Program-made: the position numbers and the translations under genes | From: Bacillota bacterium | Lineage (GTDB): Bacteria; Bacillota; Clostridia; Monoglobales; Firm-18 | Assembly: GCA_023228885.1 (NCBI GenBank) | Contig: JALOAJ010000009.1 | Location: 182-64,181 of the forward strand | Direction: 5' to 3' | DNA: 64,000 nucleotides | In this document: positions 17,135 to 25,503 of the stretch, one piece after another | Position numbering within the stretch: the stretch's first letter is position 1 | How the letters are laid out: every line of letters starts with the position of its first letter | Notes under the pieces: model-generated | What the model was told of the DNA's origin: nothing | Database searches by the model: none | What the model saw: only the letters and a program-made list of their open reading frames with translations

Positions 17135-19744
17135 TTACTTTTTAAGCACAACATTTTCAAACCATAGTTCACACCTTCCGCTATCTCCCAAGTCGTAAAA
17201 CTTGTTATCGCCGCGCAGTTCTAAATTTGTAACATCTCGCGCAAAAAGACCATAGGCGGGCATTCTGCCATAATTTCTTGCCTCGGGATATTTGTTTTTG
17301 AAAGGTCGGGCTATAGGAATGGGAATGTTGATCGGTTTCGGTTCATGGTTATAGATGGTTATGTTTTCTAAAAGAACATTTTTTATTATGCCGCCATCTT
17401 CGGTATTAAACTGGGATGCTCGTGTTGATTTTTTGCAATAGATATTTTTAAACACAATGTCAGACACAGTACCTATACTTCCGCCCGGAACATTGCTAAG
17501 CCTATTCTGTACAGCAATAAAAAGCGGCGTGTCGCAATCTTCAATGACAAAGTTTTCAAAAGTAATATCTTTTACATGATTATGGTCCACCGATTCTACT
17601 ACAATAGCACCTACGCATTCTCTCACTCTGCTATCCCTTGAAACATGATTTTTGATTTGTATATTTTCAAAACGAACATTATAGATATCTCCGTAGGTTT
17701 CGGTCCCTATTTTAACACCGTTACAAGTGCTTGCTACTACTGAGTTTTTAATAACAACATCATACATTGGAGCACGCGTGTTCGTTTTATCCATCATATT
17801 AATGTTTTTTAAACATATTCCGTCATCTCCGGTTTGGATATCCAAATTCTCCAACAACACATGCCGACATCCGTTAATGTCAATTCCATCGGTAAACTCA
17901 AGTGATTTCCAAATGGGACTCCTGACGGTCACATTTCTAACCGTCAAGTATTCACAATTATCAAAGTGCTGATTCCATCCGCAAGCATTACGCAAAGTAA
18001 TTCCTTCAATTATAATGTTTTCAGAATCCATAAACCTTAAACAAAAATGCGGTAGATTGCCCGAAACATAACTCTTGTTGGAATAGTCAACCCAAACCTC
18101 TGTGCGATAGGTACTTTGCCCGCCATCTATGATACCTTTTCCGCATACCCTGACATTCTTAACATTTTCGCCGTAAATTACCGGCAATGTCTTTTGTTTC
18201 CAATCATCTTGAATTCTGCTTGCCTGCAAAACCGCACCGTCATCCAGCCACAACCACACATTGGACTTTAAGAAAATGGTAGTTGTTCTGTAAGTTCCGG
18301 GCGGAAAGTATAACACGCCCCCTCCTTTAGCATGCATATCATTAATTGCCTTTTGAATAGCGGGCGTTGACAATAAAGTTTCGGTATAATCTGCAAAATA
18401 AGGTGACTGTGTTACATCTACGGAATCAAGCGGCTGTGTGCGATTATACACTCTTTGTTCAACCGTGGAATTATATTTTTGCGCTATTTCATCCAAAGAA
18501 TCTGCACTCAAATCTCCCTTTTTATACAAGGCAAATTCGTTTAGAAGTATATTCACCCCTTTAGGGATATTTTCAAAGTGAATAAATATTGTAAGATACA
18601 CAATATCCGGCAAGATGCACCCTTCCATCTCATCGAAATCCGTAACCATTTCTTCTGTTCGGTCCTTGGTAAACAGGTGAACAGTTTTTGAAGAAAGGAT
18701 TATTCTCTCCAAAGCGGTGGTTGTTCCGTAGACATAGACGCTGCATGAAAACTCATCGTCTGGCTTCACATCTTTGTCTGCGGTTGCCTTTAGTTTTGCT
18801 CCTACTTTGTCGCCAATCTCCGGGCGCATATAGTTGTAATTTTCGTTTAAAAAATCAAGTTCCCTATGCTGGTCGGAAAACTTAGGCTCATAAATATAAT
18901 TTTTTAATGTCACTATCTGCCATAGACCAAAATCGGACACCGTATCCGATTTTATATGTATACCTTCGCCACTTTCTCTGCTTGATTCAAACTTTGAACG
19001 GTTATTATTATTCAATATGTTCCATCCAAAACTGTAATCATTAACCAGCTCGTCACAAAAAAATTTGTTTGCAACTGCATACTCGTCTTTTTCGGCAAAA
19101 ACATATTTAGGCTCTCTGTTAGATAAAACCACATTTTTATCATCACTTAAAATCTTTAATGTGTCAAAATATATTTTCGCCGGCAATCCCGGACTTTTTA
19201 ATTTTAGATGTATTTCTATTCGTTGCATCTGAGATGGTATTTCAAAATTTGCAGTTTTTAAACTAATCCATTTATTGTGCGGTTTTACAATTAAGCTTTG
19301 CTGACCGACAATATTGCTGTTTACCCTATGATATATATTGTTTTGCATTACATCTATATTTGCCAGTTCTGTTTTATTTGCATAGGCATCCACACCTGAT
19401 ATTTCTAATTGAACAGCGCCGCTTAAATTGCTATTCCATTCTTCGGCATAAAGAAAAGTTTCGCAGGAGAAAAGCGCTTTTTCTTTCCTTTCACCCACAT
19501 TGTACATGCCTATGGCGCTTAAACTGCTTCCATGTGCAGAATTTAACATAACAGAATGCTGTCCGTCATATTTCAAATCATAATTATAAGTTGCCGCATT
19601 TCCATCTCCGCCGGTTATAAACTGAAAAGCATTTAAATCTTGGCTATCAACAATAACATACAGCCTGTTATAAGCAAAGCTTTGTATGGAGGAAATTAAG
19701 ATACATAAGCTCATGCCGAAAGCAAAAACTTTTTTAAACCTCAT
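17135..19744 (-). CDS. Secreted GH28-like beta-helix glycosidase with two N-terminal CBM-like modules
   Basis: The start is set to ATG 19744 (AGGTGA RBS, signal peptide MRFKKVFAFGMSLCILISSIQSFA). ATG 19759 forms an ATGA overlap with the permease stop and is the alternative. The CBM-like modules end KIYFDTLKIL and ILLNEFALYKK. Catalytic motifs: PAIQKAINDMHAKGGGVLYFPPGTYRTTTIFLKSNVWL, FTDGIDINGCRHV, QTGDDGICLKN and STCNGVKIGTETYG. Confidence 0.7.
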   Translation of the reverse strand: MRFKKVFAFGMSLCILISSIQSFAYNRLYVIVDSQDLNAFQFITGGDGNAATYNYDLKYDGQHSVMLNSAHGSSLSAIGMYNVGERKEKALFSCETFLYAEEWNSNLSGAVQLEISGVDAYANKTELANIDVMQNNIYHRVNSNIVGQQSLIVKPHNKWISLKTANFEIPSQMQRIEIHLKLKSPGLPAKIYFDTLKILSDDKNVVLSNREPKYVFAEKDEYAVANKFFCDELVNDYSFGWNILNNNNRSKFESSRESGEGIHIKSDTVSDFGLWQIVTLKNYIYEPKFSDQHRELDFLNENYNYMRPEIGDKVGAKLKATADKDVKPDDEFSCSVYVYGTTTALERIILSSKTVHLFTKDRTEEMVTDFDEMEGCILPDIVYLTIFIHFENIPKGVNILLNEFALYKKGDLSADSLDEIAQKYNSTVEQRVYNRTQPLDSVDVTQSPYFADYTETLLSTPAIQKAINDMHAKGGGVLYFPPGTYRTTTIFLKSNVWLWLDDGAVLQASRIQDDWKQKTLPVIYGENVKNVRVCGKGIIDGGQSTYRTEVWVDYSNKSYVSGNLPHFCLRFMDSENIIIEGITLRNACGWNQHFDNCEYLTVRNVTVRSPIWKSLEFTDGIDINGCRHVLLENLDIQTGDDGICLKNINMMDKTNTRAPMYDVVIKNSVVASTCNGVKIGTETYGDIYNVRFENIQIKNHVSRDSRVRECVGAIVVESVDHNHVKDITFENFVIEDCDTPLFIAVQNRLSNVPGGSIGTVSDIVFKNIYCKKSTRASQFNTEDGGIIKNVLLENITIYNHEPKPINIPIPIARPFKNKYPEARNYGRMPAYGLFARDVTNLELRGDNKFYDLGDSGRCELWFENVVLKK

Positions 19745-19755
19745 AAAATCACCTG

Positions 19756-20658
19756 TCATCCTTTCACCGCCCCAATCATTACTCCCTTAACAAAATGTTT
19801 TTGCAAAAGCGGGTAAATTGTCAAAATTGGCAGCGTAGAAACAATAATAGTGGCATATTTGATGCTTTCCGAGATGGTTTGCCTTTCTGCATCATTAATG
19901 CCTAACACCATATCATCACCGCTATTTGAAATGAGAATTTCCCGCAAAAATAACTGCAGTGGAAATAAGCTTCTGTTTCTCAAATAAATCATTGCATTAA
20001 ACCAACCATTCCATAAACCAACTGCATAATATAAAATCATTACTGCAATTACCGAGCCGGAAAGCGGCAAAATAATTCTTGTTAGTATAATCCATTCGTT
20101 CGCCCCATCTATTTTGGTGGACTCTTTAAGCGAGCGGGGTATGCCTGAAAAAAATGTTCTCATAATAATCAGGTTCCATGTGCTTATACAACTTGGCAGC
20201 AGTAACGCTAAGGGATTATCGTACAAGCCTAAACCCTTAACAACCAAAAAGGTGGGAATGAGTCCGCCGCTGAAAAACATGGTAAACACCATGTAGGGCA
20301 TGATATATTTTGTCCAAAAGAAATCTTTGCAAGAGGTAACATATGCGCCAAGTGTTGTCATGGCAAGACTGAGCATAGTTCCAAATACAACATATAAAAT
20401 TGTGTTTCCGTACCCAATCCAAATACTGCTGTTGCGAAAAACATATCTGTACGACGCTATTGTAAAGCCCAAGGGCTTATGCAAAAGTCCCCCATGCCCT
20501 GCAAGCATATTGGAATCGCTAAAGGATGCGAATAAAACATATAGCAAGGGATATAAGGTGATTAAAGATAACAGCAAAAGCAAAGATGTGTTGAGCACAT
20601 CATAAGCAACTCCCATGTTAAATGTTTTTTTCTGCACTTTAACTACACTCCTTACCAT
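19756..20658 (-). CDS. Carbohydrate ABC transporter permease (LplC/YtcP-like)
   Basis: Multi-TM protein with the EAA-type loop ESTKIDGANEWIILTRIILPLSGSVIAVM and an N-terminus PLGFTIASYRYVFRNSSIWIGYGNT typical of this subfamily. Confidence 0.9.
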   Translation of the reverse strand: MVRSVVKVQKKTFNMGVAYDVLNTSLLLLLSLITLYPLLYVLFASFSDSNMLAGHGGLLHKPLGFTIASYRYVFRNSSIWIGYGNTILYVVFGTMLSLAMTTLGAYVTSCKDFFWTKYIMPYMVFTMFFSGGLIPTFLVVKGLGLYDNPLALLLPSCISTWNLIIMRTFFSGIPRSLKESTKIDGANEWIILTRIILPLSGSVIAVMILYYAVGLWNGWFNAMIYLRNRSLFPLQLFLREILISNSGDDMVLGINDAERQTISESIKYATIIVSTLPILTIYPLLQKHFVKGVMIGAVKG

Positions 20659-21611
20659 AATGAGGTTTCGTTCACTACTCTGCTAAATGCGTTTGAACCA
20701 TAAATTAGCAACATGTTAATAACAGAATTAAACAAGCCAATCGCCGCAGAAGAACTGTAATCGGCTTTCAGCAACCCGTTTCTGTATACATATGATGAAA
20801 TAATGTCTGACACTTCGTAGGTAGCTTCATTGTACAACAAAATTGTTTTATCCGAACCTTCTGACATAAACCTGCCGATATTTAATATAAGCGTGATAAT
20901 AATAGTGGGCAAAATTCCGGGTATCGTTACATGCCATAACTTATGTAACCTGTTTGCACCATCAATCTCGGCGGCCTCATACTGGGTAATGTCTATCGCT
21001 GTTAATGCAGCAATGTAGATGATTGAATTCCAACCCGCGTTTTGCCAAAGCCCGAGGGCAATATATATTATTCGATAGTATTGCGAATACATTAAATAGT
21101 TTATTTCTTCTCCGCCAAACAGTAAGGCAATGCTGTTAATTGGACCGCCTTTGCTCAAAAAAATGTATGCCATACCGCAAATAACCACCAGAGATATAAA
21201 ATGCGGCATGTAAGTTATAGTTTGAATTGTTGATTTTAACACCTTAGAACGAACCTCATTGAGTACCAATGCCAAAATAATTGGTATAGGAAAGGAGAAA
21301 ATTAAGTTGTAAAAGCTTAAAAGAAGCGTATTTATGAGTATTCTTACAAAATAATAGCTTTTGAAGAATGTTTTAAAATGCTCTATTCCAACCCATTTGC
21401 TTGCTAAAAAGCCTTGCGCCACATTATAATCTTTAAATGCAATGATTACACCATACATAGGTACATAGTGAAAAATAAAATACCAAACCACTACGGGAAT
21501 TGAAAAGAAAACCAGATATTTATTTAGTTTGTAGTCTCTTTTAATTTCGGCAAAAACACCGGATTTCGTTTTTGCGTTACCCCTCACTATATTACCTTTT
21601 ATTTTCATCAC
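20652..21611 (-). CDS. Carbohydrate ABC transporter permease (LplB/YteP-like)
   Basis: FHYVPMYGVIIAFKDYN N-terminal signature and the EAA loop EAAEIDGANRLHKLWHVTIPGILPTI. It overlaps the next permease by 7 nt. Confidence 0.9.
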   Translation of the reverse strand: MMKIKGNIVRGNAKTKSGVFAEIKRDYKLNKYLVFFSIPVVVWYFIFHYVPMYGVIIAFKDYNVAQGFLASKWVGIEHFKTFFKSYYFVRILINTLLLSFYNLIFSFPIPIILALVLNEVRSKVLKSTIQTITYMPHFISLVVICGMAYIFLSKGGPINSIALLFGGEEINYLMYSQYYRIIYIALGLWQNAGWNSIIYIAALTAIDITQYEAAEIDGANRLHKLWHVTIPGILPTIIITLILNIGRFMSEGSDKTILLYNEATYEVSDIISSYVYRNGLLKADYSSSAAIGLFNSVINMLLIYGSNAFSRVVNETSLW

Positions 21612-21666
21612 TTCCTATTTTCAACGAGTTTGTACCAAAATGTTTCCGAATGCTGTAATTCAAATT

Positions 21667-23292
21667 TTAATTGTTATAATAACTTTCCACATCAGATATA
21701 TCAAACCGCTCAATGCCGCTATTTCGCTGTATAAATCTGTCATAAGCTTGCTGTTTTAACTTAATGACCCGTTCAATGCCAAACTCGCGCAGCTTTTCCC
21801 GATATTCCTCAAATGAATCAATGGATGCAGTACCCATCAGCCATTTTGTAAACATTTCGCCCTTATATGTGCTGATTTCACTGAAGATTTTTGAATGCTC
21901 TTGGTTTTCTTCAACCGTTAGTTGCCCGTAAGCCGCTTTATCCCCGGCCTCATTAAATTGCTTTACCCAAAGCTCACTTGCTTCTCGCTGCTGCGGCATG
22001 GAGTAAAATTGTTTTACATAGGCGCTGGATTGAACAAAAGGTCCGGATACAAAAGAGCGGCAATATTTCATTCCAATGACGGACATAGACAAGCCTTCCG
22101 GGTTTTTGGTAATTAACTCGGTAAATGTCGGCTGATTATCCACCATCACATAACTTTCACCCTCTATGCCAAAATTACAAAGATAATAGCCTTCCTTGCT
22201 GAACATATAATCAAGCAAAGCCACCGTCTCGGCAGGATATTTGTTCTTTGTTGATATAGCCGCATTGTTGAGGCTGACCGCTTGGTCATGTTGCACAAAC
22301 TGAGCTCTATCCCCTTTGTTTATCACCGGATAGGGGGCTGCAACCAAATCAAAAACAGGGTCATTTTGTTTGGTTGTCAAATATCCGCCAATTCCTGTTC
22401 CCACCGTTCCTATATAGGCGCCGGCTTCTCCGTTTAACACTTTACTGTCCAATATCTTTGAGTCTGAAATAGTTGGTATTTCGGCATCAATTAGTCCTTT
22501 ATCATACCAATCCGCCATTGTACGAACATAATCTTTGTAGGCATCCTCATACGGTCCGTAATGCACCTTACCATCTAATACATAGAAATTTTCGCCTACG
22601 CCAAATGCGCAGGAAAACATTTCCCTTTTAAAGTTAGCATATGTTGATGAGAACGGAGCTTTTGCACCTTTTTTTTCTTTAAATGCAGTTAAAACGGTTT
22701 CCCATTCGCTAATTGTTTGCGGAACTTCCAAGTTAAGCTCCTTTAGCCAATCTCGTCTTAATACCGTTCCCACATAAGTACATAACTCCTGCCCGCCGCG
22801 AATCAGTGGCGCCACATAATAATCTCCATCAATGTTTGCCAAAGCATCAACCGCAGGGTGCTGATTGTAAATGGCAGTTAAATTTGGCGCATATTTATCC
22901 ATATATTCGTTTAGGCGTATAATAACCTTGTCTTGATACGCTTTTAATATCCCGCCCGAATAAGTGTTAGGTCTTTCAATAACATCTACATAGTCACCCG
23001 AGGCAATCATAATGTTAAATTGCTCGCTTACTTGATTGGCTACGGGGTGGATAAATTTTAAGGTAATGTTTGTTATCTCTTGTATCTTTTTATATGCAGC
23101 AATATCATTATAGCTGGAAACGCTTGCCGGTGCTGCATTTGGTACGAAATATGTAAGCGTTATACCATTTTCCAATGGGAAACTTATATCTTTATCTGAC
23201 AAATCATTCGTTGTTGTCTGTTTTTTTCCGCAACCTGAGATTGCAATTATAAAAGACAAAGCAACAAGCAAACAAATGCTTCTTATTTTCAT
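21667..23292 (-). CDS. Extracellular solute-binding lipoprotein (large LplA-type, carbohydrate ABC)
   Basis: Lipobox IAISGC. ATG 23292 lies 6 nt after GAGGG. The ~540-aa size and IQEITNITLKFIHP...IMIASGDYVDVI are typical of LplA-like binding proteins. Confidence 0.9.
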   Translation of the reverse strand: MKIRSICLLVALSFIIAISGCGKKQTTTNDLSDKDISFPLENGITLTYFVPNAAPASVSSYNDIAAYKKIQEITNITLKFIHPVANQVSEQFNIMIASGDYVDVIERPNTYSGGILKAYQDKVIIRLNEYMDKYAPNLTAIYNQHPAVDALANIDGDYYVAPLIRGGQELCTYVGTVLRRDWLKELNLEVPQTISEWETVLTAFKEKKGAKAPFSSTYANFKREMFSCAFGVGENFYVLDGKVHYGPYEDAYKDYVRTMADWYDKGLIDAEIPTISDSKILDSKVLNGEAGAYIGTVGTGIGGYLTTKQNDPVFDLVAAPYPVINKGDRAQFVQHDQAVSLNNAAISTKNKYPAETVALLDYMFSKEGYYLCNFGIEGESYVMVDNQPTFTELITKNPEGLSMSVIGMKYCRSFVSGPFVQSSAYVKQFYSMPQQREASELWVKQFNEAGDKAAYGQLTVEENQEHSKIFSEISTYKGEMFTKWLMGTASIDSFEEYREKLREFGIERVIKLKQQAYDRFIQRNSGIERFDISDVESYYNN

Positions 23293-23301
23293 GTACATCC
23301 C

Positions 23302-25458
23302 TCACTTAATCTTTATAGTTTTACTTTTTAGCAATGAATTTATTTTGGGTAACCCGTTCCAAACAAATGCCTCGGCCATTGCAGACTTTTCACTTATATT
23401 CGCAATAACCTCGATGCGCCCTTCTTCTCCCTGGCTCATGCTTACCGTTTCCATTACAATGTTTTCAATGTGACCGCTAACATCATAAACAGCCAATATG
23501 ATATTTGCCTTTCGGTCATCATCGTCAGTAATGCGTGTAAATTTCACATTTGCTTTAACTACCCCATCATATTTTACCACCGATAAGTCCTCCGCCGTAT
23601 AATGTTTTGGAAGGGTTTGTATCTTTTGAGAAAAGATTTTTTCCGAAAGATTTGCAACAATATCCTCTGCCTCAACAGAAAAGATGTATTCGCCGCCTGC
23701 ATCCAAGCCTACCACACTAAAGGTGTTGTCTTCTATTCCTCCATCAAAAAACTGTTCGTTGATATAAATATTATATTTAATTCCTTTATTATCATCTGTG
23801 GCTTTATCCCAAAAAATTCTGCAATAATTAAAGCCGATTTTGTCTATACCTACCGTGGCTGTATTATCAAAATGCGGGGCTTCAACATCAATTCTCTTTG
23901 CTTTAACTAAAAAATCATCAAAGTATACCGTTCCGGTGAAAGGTTGCTGTACTTTTAATTCAAACATTAGCTTACTGCTGTTTTGCGGTATGGTAATATA
24001 TGGCGTTTCTATATAAATAAACATGTCTTTGTCTATCGAAAGTGGAACATCTTCACTTTTTCCTCCGCCATCGGAAAAAGTTTCTCCCGGCATTGTACCT
24101 ACATATGTTTTAACGATGTTTTCGTATATCCTAACCGATGCAAGATATCCATTTGATGGGGTTTCTTTAAAAATGTTAACTCTTGGAAAACCATAGTTGT
24201 AATCAGACATGCTGCTGATGTATAGCCATACACCCACTTTTACTTCGTCACCGGGACTAACTTTGGTGTTATCCACATCCATTATATAGTTTGCTGTTGC
24301 GCTTACATTAGAGTTCACAACCATCTTTAAACTGCTATCGCCGGTTCTTTTTACAGAGCTGTCGGTTGTAAGCGAATTTCCGTTACTGCCCGGAAAAAGC
24401 GCCCACCTTGACATTTCATTCGCTTCAAACCCATTTTGCAAAATAATTTCATCATAATGCATAATGCTTTTTGCAATTACAACATCAACAGATAAATAAT
24501 CAGACATATTTCCCGCCGCATCTACTGCAACAACATGAATGGTATAAACCCCCGATTCTAAATCGTTGATAACCGCCTCATTCCCATAATAGATGCCATA
24601 TAGATTATCGTTGATATATAAGTCATAATGCTTTACCCCATGGTTATCCAGGGCATCATCCCAAACAACAGTAACTGAATTATATTCATCGACAATCGTC
24701 TTTATCAATGCATTTTCTTCCCAATAGGGGGGAAGGTTATCTTGAACATATATTTCTCTTTTTACAACTTCAAAATCATCAAAATATATCGTTCCAGCAG
24801 CCGGTTGCTGAAACTTTAATTCAAAATTCAGCCCTGTGACATTATTTACAGTACCTTTTGAATCGATTACAGCCGTATCGGGAATGACAAAATATTCCGT
24901 TTCCATCTGTATCCAACGCTTTTCCAACCCCTGTTCTGCAATGGGTGTGATAACCGCACCGCCGGCTTTATCTCCGCCGGTAATGCCATTGCCCAGCTCT
25001 AACTCGGTGGTGTTTCCGGCAGTACGGCCTCCTCCAATATAGTTTTTAATTCCATCCTGCATCAATATAACATGAGAGAACCTTCTTCCGGCGTTCATAT
25101 TTGGGTAGATGTCCATTCTGGGGTAACCGCTAAGAAATGTAAAACCTTCGTCCAAATACACCTTCACTCGCGCCTTTACAACATCACCAATCTTTAGCGG
25201 CATATCTTCACCAATCTCTATATACTTAAACGCAGAAATACTGTTAGGGTTTGCCTTTCGTTCCATTGCAAGACTTGTGTTTTCCGTGCAACCGAAAGTA
25301 TCGTTATACTCTATTGTATTTTCACCCGGCTCACTCCATGTCCAGCCCAAATTCATTGAAAAGCCATCGGAAAACACAACGGTTTCAATATATTCCTCTG
25401 CACAGACCGAAAATGCGAGCATATTTACAAGCAATACTGTAATTAGCAACAAACACAA
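23302..25458 (-). CDS. Secreted non-catalytic protein: (CBM4/9/22-like module + Fn3) x2 plus the shared C-terminal module
   Basis: The CBM-like modules end TIYFDDFEVVK and TVYFDDFLVKAK. Fn3-like segments: VTVVWDDALDNHGVKHYDLYINDNL...YTIHVVAVDAAGNMS and CRIFWDKATDDNKGIKYNIYINEQF...YIFSVEAEDIVANLS. No catalytic motif was seen. The true start may be CTG 25467 (see findings). Confidence 0.75.
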   Translation of the reverse strand: MCLLLITVLLVNMLAFSVCAEEYIETVVFSDGFSMNLGWTWSEPGENTIEYNDTFGCTENTSLAMERKANPNSISAFKYIEIGEDMPLKIGDVVKARVKVYLDEGFTFLSGYPRMDIYPNMNAGRRFSHVILMQDGIKNYIGGGRTAGNTTELELGNGITGGDKAGGAVITPIAEQGLEKRWIQMETEYFVIPDTAVIDSKGTVNNVTGLNFELKFQQPAAGTIYFDDFEVVKREIYVQDNLPPYWEENALIKTIVDEYNSVTVVWDDALDNHGVKHYDLYINDNLYGIYYGNEAVINDLESGVYTIHVVAVDAAGNMSDYLSVDVVIAKSIMHYDEIILQNGFEANEMSRWALFPGSNGNSLTTDSSVKRTGDSSLKMVVNSNVSATANYIMDVDNTKVSPGDEVKVGVWLYISSMSDYNYGFPRVNIFKETPSNGYLASVRIYENIVKTYVGTMPGETFSDGGGKSEDVPLSIDKDMFIYIETPYITIPQNSSKLMFELKVQQPFTGTVYFDDFLVKAKRIDVEAPHFDNTATVGIDKIGFNYCRIFWDKATDDNKGIKYNIYINEQFFDGGIEDNTFSVVGLDAGGEYIFSVEAEDIVANLSEKIFSQKIQTLPKHYTAEDLSVVKYDGVVKANVKFTRITDDDDRKANIILAVYDVSGHIENIVMETVSMSQGEEGRIEVIANISEKSAMAEAFVWNGLPKINSLLKSKTIKIK

Positions 25459-25503
25459 CTTTTTCAGACTAAATCCCCCCTTAGGATTAAAACATAAATC
25501 GTA

